A stretch of 64,000 nucleotides of DNA from an uncultured bacterium (lineage in GTDB: Bacteria; Babelota; Babeliae; Babelales; Vermiphilaceae): positions 352,001 through 416,000 of the forward strand of contig OY970212.1 of the NCBI GenBank assembly GCA_963713925.1, in the 5' to 3' direction. The translations under genes were made by a program, and so were the position numbers. Of the stretch, positions 1 to 9,176 are shown piece after piece. Under the pieces are notes generated by a model, which saw only the letters and a list, made by a program, of their open reading frames with translations, did not search any database and was not told where the DNA came from. How positions within the stretch are numbered: position 1 is the stretch's first letter; every line of letters begins with the position of its first letter.

Positions 1-1185
1 AACCTGATCAAAGAAACTGCTCCCGATTTTGACCCTGAAGTTGCGATCGAATTGCTGACCTTGTTTGAGCATTTCACTGTCCAAGAACGTCGTTTGGGAT
101 GCATGTTTAATTTTGAATACAATATTGATGATTGGAGATTGTGGTTTTATTTTCCTTTCTATTGGAATGTGCGTAATCACTTTGTAACGCCAGAAGTTCA
201 AAATGCACTCGAGCATATTAGTGAACCTCTCTATGGCACGCCATGCCAAATACAGCAAGATGCATTCACTCAAGCGCATTTAATTGATGACAGGATTGGG
301 TTTGGCGATTTTCGATTTGAGTTTGATTATCCGGTTTGCTGCTTTCCTTGGCTTGATTCTCGATTAGGCTTTTTTACAACCATACCGACGGCACTTCCAA
401 TCGGCGGTGAAATACTCGGGACGAATTTGCATCCGCCCTGTCGTCGACAAACATTAAATTTTTCCGATCTGTTTGATAATGTGTTGGCAGGTCAAGATAT
501 TTCAGAATCGGAAGTGGCGACTTTTTTTACCTCCGCGCTTGATAACTTATCGGCGATCTTGCTTGATTCTCGATTAGGTAATAATGGGCATATTGGCTTG
601 GGTGTTACTTTTAAAACGTTCACCTGTTTGGGCGATTTAATCAAACGGCCATGGGCACAAGAAATTCAATGGAGAGGGCGATTTTCTGCCGAATGGCTCA
701 CGCCGCGTCAAGAGCGTCGCTTTTTCATTCCAAATAATAATGCAGCGGCATTTCGAAATTTTGATTTTAACAATGAGGACCAAGCCTCAAAAAATTTAGA
801 CTTCTTGATGAATACATTGACCGATCGATTGTTCCCTCAGTTTCAAGATGTGACAGTCTATCCGGGCCTTATATTGCGTTCGACATCTCGCGCAATATAT
901 TATGGTGAAAAATGGAGTTTCTTCTTGGGCACAGATATGTGGATACAAACAGGAGATACCATTATTCAATCAAATAGAGCGGCACGACAAATACGCACCG
1001 ACGTTAAAAAATCTCAGACACAGCTTGGGTATCAAAGTAAACTCATGGCAGGAATCTCTCGTCAGCATGTGGCTCCTGAGACTGGCAGAACATGGACATT
1101 CTCCTTAAATGCTGATTCCACCTATTATAGTTCGGGCATAGGACAAGATTTTATGATAACATGTAATATGGACGTCAATTTTTAA
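1..1185 (+). CDS. Hypothetical outer-membrane beta-barrel-like protein, 5' truncated by window edge
   Basis: Frame is open from base 1; C-terminal Phe (NMDVNF); motif order GFGD..PT..LGNNGHIGLG resembles 12308..13735. Confidence 0.5.
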   Translation, partial: NLIKETAPDFDPEVAIELLTLFEHFTVQERRLGCMFNFEYNIDDWRLWFYFPFYWNVRNHFVTPEVQNALEHISEPLYGTPCQIQQDAFTQAHLIDDRIGFGDFRFEFDYPVCCFPWLDSRLGFFTTIPTALPIGGEILGTNLHPPCRRQTLNFSDLFDNVLAGQDISESEVATFFTSALDNLSAILLDSRLGNNGHIGLGVTFKTFTCLGDLIKRPWAQEIQWRGRFSAEWLTPRQERRFFIPNNNAAAFRNFDFNNEDQASKNLDFLMNTLTDRLFPQFQDVTVYPGLILRSTSRAIYYGEKWSFFLGTDMWIQTGDTIIQSNRAARQIRTDVKKSQTQLGYQSKLMAGISRQHVAPETGRTWTFSLNADSTYYSSGIGQDFMITCNMDVNF

Positions 1186-1194
1186 GAGGATATC

Positions 1195-1866
1195 GTGAAA
1201 AAATCTCTACTATTACTTTCGTTGTTTATGTTTTCAGTGCGAGCAGATGCTGATCTTGATCGTTATTTGAGATCAACGTCCAGCAGAGCGACGCTCGAAT
1301 CTCCGGTGCTTGCGTTGATCGATGGATTGGCAATGGGTATTGATGGTCAGAAAATCGGTTTTATGTTGCGAGTCAGAAGAGATTTGCAAAAAATACAAGG
1401 TGTGCGATCGCATGAAGATCATTCGATTTCTCACGAAGGAATTTTTGAGTTTGATGGAAAGCTTTATTCTATTCATGGGCTTGCAACTATGGAACATCTT
1501 GCTTTAGAAAATCATGATTCAGAAATGGTCGCAAGACTTCATACTATTCTTGGTGATGCGCGCAGCTATTTCTTGGCAAAAGTGAAACAGTTCATGTCGG
1601 TTGCTCGCGGTTCAAAACGTCAGATGTTGTTACTTATTGAAGAATGGTGTGCAAAGAATAAGCGAGCAAAAAGTATTTTGCTTCGCTGGGGCGGGACAAA
1701 AGACGGCGATGAAGATCGTCAATTCCATGCGGATGCAACTTCATTTATACACTTTGATGAATTTTGCACTGATCTGATATTCTTTATAGAAGATTTGATT
1801 CGCAGCTGTCCGAAGGCATTTGCACAATTTAAGCAAATGATTGAGAAGCAACAAGAAAATAAGTGA
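1195..1866 (+). CDS. Secreted hypothetical protein
   Basis: GTG start after GAGGA; signal-peptide-like N-terminus. Confidence 0.7.
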   Translation: MKKSLLLLSLFMFSVRADADLDRYLRSTSSRATLESPVLALIDGLAMGIDGQKIGFMLRVRRDLQKIQGVRSHEDHSISHEGIFEFDGKLYSIHGLATMEHLALENHDSEMVARLHTILGDARSYFLAKVKQFMSVARGSKRQMLLLIEEWCAKNKRAKSILLRWGGTKDGDEDRQFHADATSFIHFDEFCTDLIFFIEDLIRSCPKAFAQFKQMIEKQQENK

Positions 1867-1920
1867 AGCTCGCGCGGCCTAAAGGCCGTGGCTTTCTTAT
1901 TTAATAAAATAGTCTCAAAT

Positions 1921-2307
1921 CGTTCGTGGTGAGCGTAGTGCAACGAAGTCGAACCATACGAACAAGAAAATAGATATGCAAAATTTTTATGTATATATTC
2001 TTCAATGCAGTGATAACTCATATTACACTGGCCATACCGATAATATCGAGCTACGAATTCAAGAACATCAAAGCGGTCGGTATCAAGGTTATACCGCGAC
2101 ACGCCTGCCGGTACAACTAGTTTTAGTTGAAACAATGGCTTCTCGTGCGGATGCTTTGGAAGCAGAAATGCAAATTAAGAAATGGTCACGCAAGAAAAAA
2201 GAGATTCTTATTAAATATGGATGGCAGGGAATGAAAAGCTTTGCAAAACAATACAAGTAAGAAAGTTCGTATGGTTCGACTTCGTTGCACTACGCTCACC
2301 ACGAACG
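1921..2307. mobile_element. Putative GIY-YIG element bounded by perfect 43-bp inverted repeats (family A)
   Basis: 1921-1963 is the exact reverse complement of 2265-2307; only the nuclease ORF lies between. Confidence 0.7.
1976..2260 (+). CDS. GIY-YIG nuclease (small YhbQ/UPF0213-like)
   Basis: YVYILQC..YYTGHT..R..HQ.G..YT..R.PV.LV..E..AL..E.QIKKW motif pattern. Confidence 0.92.
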   Translation: MQNFYVYILQCSDNSYYTGHTDNIELRIQEHQSGRYQGYTATRLPVQLVLVETMASRADALEAEMQIKKWSRKKKEILIKYGWQGMKSFAKQYK

Positions 2308-2340
2308 CCTATACATCACACAAAAAAAATTGATTACATT

Positions 2341-4515
2341 ATGAATGAATTACAATTGAGTGGTACTGTTGAGCGACATCTTTTTCAAAACTCTGAAAAC
2401 GGTTACGCAGTTTCTGTGATAAGTGTTTCTGATCGACAAACCATTGTTGTCAAAGGTCACATGGCGCATGTGCAACCAGGTGAACAAGTACTGGTCACTG
2501 GCGCATGGGTGCAGCATCCCAAATTTGGCAAGCAGTTTGAGGCTGCAACATGTGTCACGCAAGTTCCCACAAGCCTTGTGGGGCTCAAAAAATATTTGGG
2601 CTCAGGTCTCATTAAGGGAATTGGTCCATCATACGCACAACGATTAATTGATGCATTCGGTTCACAAGTGCTCGAAGTCATAGATAAGCATCCGGAAAAA
2701 TTGACGCTTGTTGAAGGAATTGGTCAAAAGCGAGCGCAAGAGATTACCACTGCTTGGCAATCGCAAAAAGATATCGCTTCCATTATGGTCTTTTTACAAG
2801 AGAAGGGCGTTTCCCCTGCGTATGCGGTTAAGATTTATAAAAAATATGGACAAGCTTCTATTGCGATGGTGCAAGAAAATCCGTATCGCTTGGCGGAGGA
2901 TATTTGGGGAATAGGTTTTAAGCTTGCAGATCAAATTGCGCAAGCGATTGGTATTGCTTCCGATTCATTAAAACGGGTGATGGCTGCTTATTTGCATCAA
3001 TTATCAGTAGAAGCCTCAAGCGGGCATTTATATTCGTTCATTGAGCCTCTCAAACAAAAGACGGCACAATTGCTCGAGTTTGATCTGCAAGAACAAGCGC
3101 AGAAGCTCAAGAATGCGTTACATCAATTGCATGATGAAGGTAAGATTAAACTGATCAGCAGTGGTGATGAACATTACATTGGGTTGGCGTTACATTATTT
3201 TACCGAAAAAAATGTTGCCGATCGTATCAAACTTCTTTTAAGCCAGTCTCCTACCGTCAGCTACGATACGAACGTGATATACAACAAACTGCGCGCTCCA
3301 GATGCGAACAAAAAAATTCATCTCAATGAAGATCAACAGCATGGCATTGTCACGGCATTATCGCATCAAATATCGATCATCACGGGCGGACCGGGGACCG
3401 GTAAAACGACATTAATTAAAGAGTTGCTTGATATTATTGATGAACACAGGGCTGTGTACCGGCTTGCTGCTCCCACCGGACGCGCAGCAAAACGAATCAC
3501 TGAGGGCACGCAGCGCAATGCGGCGACAATACATCGATTGCTCGAGTTTGATTTTTTAACGCATCGATTTTTGAAAAATGAACAAAATGCGCTCAAGGTT
3601 GATTTTCTTATCATCGATGAATCATCAATGCTTGACGTGTTTCTCATGCATAGTGTACTGAAGGCAATTCCGTTTGGTGCGCGTGTTGTTTTTATCGGTG
3701 ACATTGATCAGCTCCCGTCAGTCGGGGCCGGCAATGTGTTGCATGATATGATTGTCAGCGGCGTTGTGCCGACGGTGCGTCTCAAAACAATATTCCGACA
3801 AGCCCAAGACAGTATGATTGTAGTCAACGCTCACCGCGTAAATAGCGGTCAATTCCCGCTCGGCTATCAAGAAGGTGCGCGCAGAGATTTTATTTTCATC
3901 AAAGAAGAGAACCCCGAACAAGCGATGACACACATTCGGGAGCTTCTGCTCAAGCGGCTTGGCCTTCATGGCATGCGTGCCGAGGATGCAACGATCTTGG
4001 TGCCTATGAACAAAACAATTGTCGGCGCACAAACGATGAATGCACAGCTGCAGGAGTTACTCAATCATAATCAAGAACGTGTGGAACATCATGGCACGAC
4101 CTTTAAAATGGGTGATCGAGTCATGCAGATTCGCAACAATTACGATAAAATCGTGTTTAATGGCGATGTTGGCATCATAGAAGAAATAACGTCTGAAAAA
4201 AAGTTGCGCGTGAATTATTCCGATCGGATCGTTGAATACGAATTCAATGAGCTCGATGAGTTAACGCTCGCCTATGCAATGACGATTCATAAAAGCCAGG
4301 GATCGGAATATCCGGCGGTGATCATTCCGATTTTTATGCAACATTTTACTCTTTTGCAACGAAATTTGGTGTACACTGCAATTACGCGCGCTAAGCGTTT
4401 GTGTGTTCTGATCGGGCAAACGAAGGCAATTGCGATGGCCATTAACAATGACAAAGGAACGGTTCGATTAACATTGCTGAAACAATTTTTAACTTCGGAT
4501 CTTGCGTGTCGATGA
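2341..4515 (+). CDS. recD2: ATP-dependent RecD-like DNA helicase RecD2
   Basis: HPKFGKQF, HhH repeats (IKGIG, VEGIG), Walker A GGPGTGKT, TIHKSQGSE, YTAITRA; start moved to ATG 2341. Confidence 0.93.
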   Translation: MNELQLSGTVERHLFQNSENGYAVSVISVSDRQTIVVKGHMAHVQPGEQVLVTGAWVQHPKFGKQFEAATCVTQVPTSLVGLKKYLGSGLIKGIGPSYAQRLIDAFGSQVLEVIDKHPEKLTLVEGIGQKRAQEITTAWQSQKDIASIMVFLQEKGVSPAYAVKIYKKYGQASIAMVQENPYRLAEDIWGIGFKLADQIAQAIGIASDSLKRVMAAYLHQLSVEASSGHLYSFIEPLKQKTAQLLEFDLQEQAQKLKNALHQLHDEGKIKLISSGDEHYIGLALHYFTEKNVADRIKLLLSQSPTVSYDTNVIYNKLRAPDANKKIHLNEDQQHGIVTALSHQISIITGGPGTGKTTLIKELLDIIDEHRAVYRLAAPTGRAAKRITEGTQRNAATIHRLLEFDFLTHRFLKNEQNALKVDFLIIDESSMLDVFLMHSVLKAIPFGARVVFIGDIDQLPSVGAGNVLHDMIVSGVVPTVRLKTIFRQAQDSMIVVNAHRVNSGQFPLGYQEGARRDFIFIKEENPEQAMTHIRELLLKRLGLHGMRAEDATILVPMNKTIVGAQTMNAQLQELLNHNQERVEHHGTTFKMGDRVMQIRNNYDKIVFNGDVGIIEEITSEKKLRVNYSDRIVEYEFNELDELTLAYAMTIHKSQGSEYPAVIIPIFMQHFTLLQRNLVYTAITRAKRLCVLIGQTKAIAMAINNDKGTVRLTLLKQFLTSDLACR

Positions 4516-4555
4516 TGAAATCAGACCTATTGCGAAATTAAAAAAAATTGTTCTC

Positions 4556-4746
4556 CGTTCGTGGCGAGCAGAACGGGTTCCCGATCGTAGCGTAAGTGTA
4601 GATTGGGGTTAAAACGTAGTGCAGTCGAACCATACGAACAAAAAAATAAATGTGCATGTATATAGCGGGAAATGAAAAATTTTGTAAAAAAGATACAAAA
4701 AAAGTTCGTATGGTTCGACTCCGTTGCACTCCGCTCACCACGAACG
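4556..4746. mobile_element. Non-autonomous internally deleted derivative of the family A element
   Basis: Inverted repeats 4556-4639 (with 41-bp insert) and 4704-4746; 64-bp interior resembles both ends of the GIY-YIG interior. Confidence 0.7.
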
Positions 4747-4812
4747 GTTGGAAACTAGTTTATTAGGATTTTCAAAAATTCAACGGACTCTAAATATCGA
4801 GAATGTATAATT

Positions 4813-5547
4813 ATGAATTATAATAGTTTCGCAGTGGGCATATTGAATCGAATGTATCTGATGACGTCGGTATTTCTTTTTGGCGCCGTTTTTGCTCGTG
4901 TAAAAATTCCGATGTACACACAAGTCGATTCGATCGAATCGAATCAGCGTCGTGACCCTATTATCATTATGATTGATCCGTACGGCGATGTGCGCTCAAG
5001 TGGTCGCGTGATCGGAAACAAATTTGAATCTGAATTAACCTATGCATGTGCGCAGAAACTGAAACAAGATCTGGAACAAGAATATGATCATGTCACTGTT
5101 GTTATCAGCCGAACGGTTGGAGAACAATCGTATGAGCTCGCACGCGCGCAGTATGCAAACAGATTACAGGTGCACGGATTTCTTTCTATTCAGTTTTTTC
5201 ATGAAACAAACCCTATTGCGCGATGGTTTATGTATCGATATTGCCAACAAGCACTTCCCGAATTTCAGGCGCAAAAGCACAGCATTTTATCAGTTGATCA
5301 AGCCTATCTGCTCAATAAGAATATCACTGATGCATGGGCACAGCGGGTTGATAAGCTTTTAGAACGAAATGAACTCAAGCGATTTGAGCCGCAAGGTCTG
5401 ATCTCCGTGCCATGCACCCCACTCAAAGGAGTCCTGCCCCCGGCATTATTGTGTGAAGTTGGATTGAAGTCGCCTGATGATTGGACTGTCGCCTGCGCTC
5501 AGATGAAAGAGATAATCAAAGCATTAATCGATCTGTGTGCGGAGTAG
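4813..5547 (+). CDS. N-acetylmuramoyl-L-alanine amidase (Amidase_3)-like, degenerate active site
   Basis: IMIDP, E..LT, R...AN, FLSIQ, LCEVG order; the Zn-ligand histidines are absent. Confidence 0.7.
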   Translation: MNYNSFAVGILNRMYLMTSVFLFGAVFARVKIPMYTQVDSIESNQRRDPIIIMIDPYGDVRSSGRVIGNKFESELTYACAQKLKQDLEQEYDHVTVVISRTVGEQSYELARAQYANRLQVHGFLSIQFFHETNPIARWFMYRYCQQALPEFQAQKHSILSVDQAYLLNKNITDAWAQRVDKLLERNELKRFEPQGLISVPCTPLKGVLPPALLCEVGLKSPDDWTVACAQMKEIIKALIDLCAE

Positions 5548-5549
5548 TC

Positions 5550-6113
5550 ATGAAAGGATTTATCATTGGCGCGATACTTGGTTCAATTGCGTTTGGAATA
5601 GTGATCGCTCTTTTTCAACTTGGAGTTTTGCAAATCAATCTTACTCGAGCAAGTCATGTGTTGCCGACTGAGTATCGACGTTCTGAAAAGCAAACAATTA
5701 AGCTGTACATTAAAAAAAACGGATCGTGGTTGAGCGAAAATCTGCATACCGTGTTGAGTGATGATAGGGCGCAAAAAATACACCGAGTAGTGACCCAATG
5801 GCTTCTCTTTGCCTTTGACGAAGGAATGATTGCAAAGCCCGCTCGTGTGCAAACGGTATTTTGGGATGAGAAAAATAATACCTTTTTATTAAGCTTTGAC
5901 CGTTCATTTTTTTCCAAAGAATCATGCCTGCACGATAATCTGATGCTCATTGAGGGATTGCTCAAAACGCTCAAGGATAACAATATGTGTGATGGTTGTA
6001 CTGGGGCCCCCGCACGAAGTGTGGAGTATTTTATTTCTTTTTATATTAACTATCAACCATGGGAAGATCGAAATCTGGATTTTTCCGAGCCATGGCCGGT
6101 ATCGCAATCCTAA
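5550..6113 (+). CDS. Membrane-anchored protein, GerMN-like
   Basis: N-terminal TM segment; LSFDRSF..LMLIEGLLKTL..FYINYQ pattern; follows amidase. Confidence 0.5.
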   Translation: MKGFIIGAILGSIAFGIVIALFQLGVLQINLTRASHVLPTEYRRSEKQTIKLYIKKNGSWLSENLHTVLSDDRAQKIHRVVTQWLLFAFDEGMIAKPARVQTVFWDEKNNTFLLSFDRSFFSKESCLHDNLMLIEGLLKTLKDNNMCDGCTGAPARSVEYFISFYINYQPWEDRNLDFSEPWPVSQS

Positions 6114-6350
6114 CCATTCTGATTAGAGATCTCATACATGCAGCAATTCGCTTTGATTAATCTTCGAATGTTTGAAGTAACTAAAAAATAGCCACCCGCC
6201 ACTCAAAATTTTCTATTTTTCAATTGATGATAATTTGCATTTGCAAAAAATAAGTTTTTATATTAATTTTACAATAATTACAATTCCTACCAAAAAAACG
6301 GAGATCTGTTTTGCAGCGAGCATTGTATTTCATAAGCAAGGATCTCAAAA

Positions 6351-7250
6351 ATGAAAAAATTGTTAGTTGCGGCAGTAGCCGTATTTCAATTGTCGGCAGT
6401 GCCGACAAACATTTATCAATCAATCCGTTCACAAGCTTTTTGCGAACTCAACAATGATCTTTACCTCAAAAAGGATTACGAGGATCTCTATAAAAACTTC
6501 GGTCTCTTTATAGAAAGCATGGACGCCGATTCCGATTTTTCTGAACAAATTTCAAAGACTGAGCACGAATTTTTGGAGAATATAGAAGTAAAAAACCGTT
6601 ATTGTGCAGCTCCACCGAGTTATCGTGATCCAAGAAGGCACGCCACCAAGCGTCATGACAAAGTCTATTTCCAATTCATCAGCGAGTATTACGATTTCGT
6701 TAAAGAGAAGCATGCTGATTTGCTGATAAAACATCCGGAATTTAAATGTTTCTTGGATGGAATGAAAAGACTTGATACGGTATCTAAGCTGCTTTTTGAG
6801 CAATCCCTTGATCAACTTGAACATGACATTCCAAACATCAAACAAAAGATGTATGAAGGTCACGATCAGTTGACCGTGATCTCAAAAATAGTTCGATATG
6901 AAAAATCGGAAAAGTGGGGAACGACGCCACATTTTGACAAATCGACGCTTACATTGATATGGGATTCAAATGATGAAGACCATGATTGCCTCCTTGTTTG
7001 TAAGGACTCAAACAATTACTCAATGCAAAGTCTTGTCAAACCAGAAAGATTGTATGCGCATCAAGAAGACGCAACTTCAGTTTTGCTTATTACGGGACTT
7101 GCGCTTCCAACTATCGGCATTGATATTAAACCGACATTGCATGGAGTTGCACCTATCAAGTCTGACTATAGATATGCAGTTATTTCCTTCTTATTGGCAC
7201 CGAATCTCGACATGAGTCAAATGAAAACTGATTACGTTGAACAAAAATAA
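6351..7250 (+). CDS. 2OG-Fe(II) oxygenase family protein with signal peptide
   Basis: HFD..LTLI..H.V..RYA motif set. Confidence 0.75.
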   Translation: MKKLLVAAVAVFQLSAVPTNIYQSIRSQAFCELNNDLYLKKDYEDLYKNFGLFIESMDADSDFSEQISKTEHEFLENIEVKNRYCAAPPSYRDPRRHATKRHDKVYFQFISEYYDFVKEKHADLLIKHPEFKCFLDGMKRLDTVSKLLFEQSLDQLEHDIPNIKQKMYEGHDQLTVISKIVRYEKSEKWGTTPHFDKSTLTLIWDSNDEDHDCLLVCKDSNNYSMQSLVKPERLYAHQEDATSVLLITGLALPTIGIDIKPTLHGVAPIKSDYRYAVISFLLAPNLDMSQMKTDYVEQK

Positions 7251-7253
7251 TAA

Positions 7254-7754
7254 ATGGTGCATACTCCTTTTTGTCTCACTGTAGGAGTCAAAAAGATGCT
7301 TTTCCCCTCTGCAAAAATCATTTTACGCGATCCGAATGATGCAAATAAAATTCTTCTTATCAAGAGGAATATCAATGGGAAAATTGCGTATGAGCCTGCG
7401 GGAGGAAAGTTGGAAGTCGACTTCAAAAACAAACGTGCGGAAAGTCTTGAAGAATGCGCTTTGCGAGAGGCAAAAGAAGAGCTTGGTGTTTGTGCAAAAA
7501 TAGACAAGTATATAGGAAGTTATCACTTTTTCTGGACAATTGATCCCGATAAATTTTCCTCATGTGCGGTATTTATCGGGACCATTATTTCTCGTGACAA
7601 CGATTTCAAAGCAAATGCTGATACTTGCGAACTTTCAATCGAGCCTGCATGGGTCGACGTCAGCGACATCGTTAGCTCAAAGATTGAGTTCGAGCCATCA
7701 TATGTTGGGCTTAAAGAGACCATTCTTAATTATTTTACTCAGCAAGAGCTTTGA
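7254..7754 (+). CDS. NUDIX hydrolase
   Basis: GGKLE...CALREAKEELG Nudix box; exact start uncertain. Confidence 0.85.
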   Translation: MVHTPFCLTVGVKKMLFPSAKIILRDPNDANKILLIKRNINGKIAYEPAGGKLEVDFKNKRAESLEECALREAKEELGVCAKIDKYIGSYHFFWTIDPDKFSSCAVFIGTIISRDNDFKANADTCELSIEPAWVDVSDIVSSKIEFEPSYVGLKETILNYFTQQEL

Positions 7755-7928
7755 AATTTTTTTAAAAAAATTTTTTAATTCATCATCGATAATGTCTGGA
7801 TATTTGATAAGCATTATCGAGCTGAGAAGATTTTTCTTTAGATCCGGTCAAGTGTTTTTTATACATGAAATTGTCGCACAAGGTGTGCAACAATTTCATG
7901 TATTACCAATTTTTAACACTGGAATATT

Positions 7929-9089
7929 TTACTTCTGATTTCTCAAAAAAGATGGAGTATCAAGATCAGAATCATACTGATTCATTGTTTTATCACTCCA
8001 ATCTTTCTGATGAGGAACGCTGTAATCAGGCAAAGGACGTTGTTGCATTGCTTCATGTCCCGAGGCTGCAGGCTCGGCTCGTGTTGCTCCACCTTTTGCT
8101 CTGATTGATGTTGCATGTTGCAATTGTTGTTCACTGTCAAATCCGGTTGCAATCAGAGTCACTGCCACTTCATTTTCCATTGATTCATCAACAACCGCTC
8201 CGATGATAATATGCGCATTCGGGTGAGCTTGATCATGCATAATAGAAGCGATTTCGCTGATTTCATGCAATGCCAAATCCATGCCGCCTGTGATGTTTAA
8301 TAATATTCCCTGAGCTCCCGCGATGCTCATATTTTCCAGCAATGGAGAGTTGATTGCTTGCATTGCAACTCTTTGAGCGCGATCAGCTCCGGTTGCGCGT
8401 GAAGTTCCCATGACTGCGATGCCGCGCGATTGCATGATCGTTTTGACATCGGCAAAATCAACGTTGATGTGGCCCGGTTTGGTGATAATATCTGAAATTC
8501 CTTTGACTGATTGTCCAAGCACTTCATTGATACGCGCGAAGGCTTCAATCATTGATACTTTTTGATCAACTGATTCAAGGAGTTTTTGATTTGGAATGAT
8601 AATGAGCGTATCAACATCTTTTATAAGCAGTTCTATTGCTTGATTTGCAATGGTGGCACGTCGTTTGCCTTCAAATGCAAATGGCTTTGTCACGACGGCG
8701 ATGGTCAAAATGCCGCGCTCTTTGAGTGTGTGAGCAATAACAGGAAGTGCTCCCGATCCGGTGCCGCCGCCCATGCCCCCGGTTAAAAATACGATATCGG
8801 CATCGCCGGCAACATCAAGCACTTTATCAATATCTTCTTCAGCTGCGCGTTTTCCCACTTCCGGGTTAGCGCCCGCGCCAAGACCTTTACTCGCCTTGAT
8901 TCCCAATTGTATTTTGTGATCAGCTTTGGAATTTTCAAGCGCTTGCACATCGGTGTTTGCAACAACGTAATCAATTCCTGAATATCCGGATTCGATAATA
9001 CTGTTAACGGTATTTCCGCCGGCTCCGCCCACTCCAATGACTTTAATGCGTGCAACCGGACGTTCAAGTTCTTGCAATAATTCGATCAT
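7929..9089 (-). CDS. ftsZ: Cell division protein FtsZ
   Basis: GVGGAGGN, GMGGGTGSG, INVDFADV, C-terminal LDTPSFLR. Confidence 0.98.
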   Translation of the reverse strand: MIELLQELERPVARIKVIGVGGAGGNTVNSIIESGYSGIDYVVANTDVQALENSKADHKIQLGIKASKGLGAGANPEVGKRAAEEDIDKVLDVAGDADIVFLTGGMGGGTGSGALPVIAHTLKERGILTIAVVTKPFAFEGKRRATIANQAIELLIKDVDTLIIIPNQKLLESVDQKVSMIEAFARINEVLGQSVKGISDIITKPGHINVDFADVKTIMQSRGIAVMGTSRATGADRAQRVAMQAINSPLLENMSIAGAQGILLNITGGMDLALHEISEIASIMHDQAHPNAHIIIGAVVDESMENEVAVTLIATGFDSEQQLQHATSIRAKGGATRAEPAASGHEAMQQRPLPDYSVPHQKDWSDKTMNQYDSDLDTPSFLRNQK

Positions 9090-9176
9090 ATAAGCTCCTT
9101 TATACCCACACTACACTTTGTGTTTACCCAAATTTCGCTTTCGTTCTCTTTGGGGCCGTTTCATGTGGAACCTTGT

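Noticed and set aside
1915..2313. Target-site duplication around the GIY-YIG element
   Set aside because: Flanks TCAAAT and CCTATA do not match, so no classical IS call is made.
4538..4741. Small ORFs over repeats (also 11326-11684, 16346, 49147-49888, 53504-53714)
   Set aside because: They are translations of palindromic repeats with no independent coding evidence.
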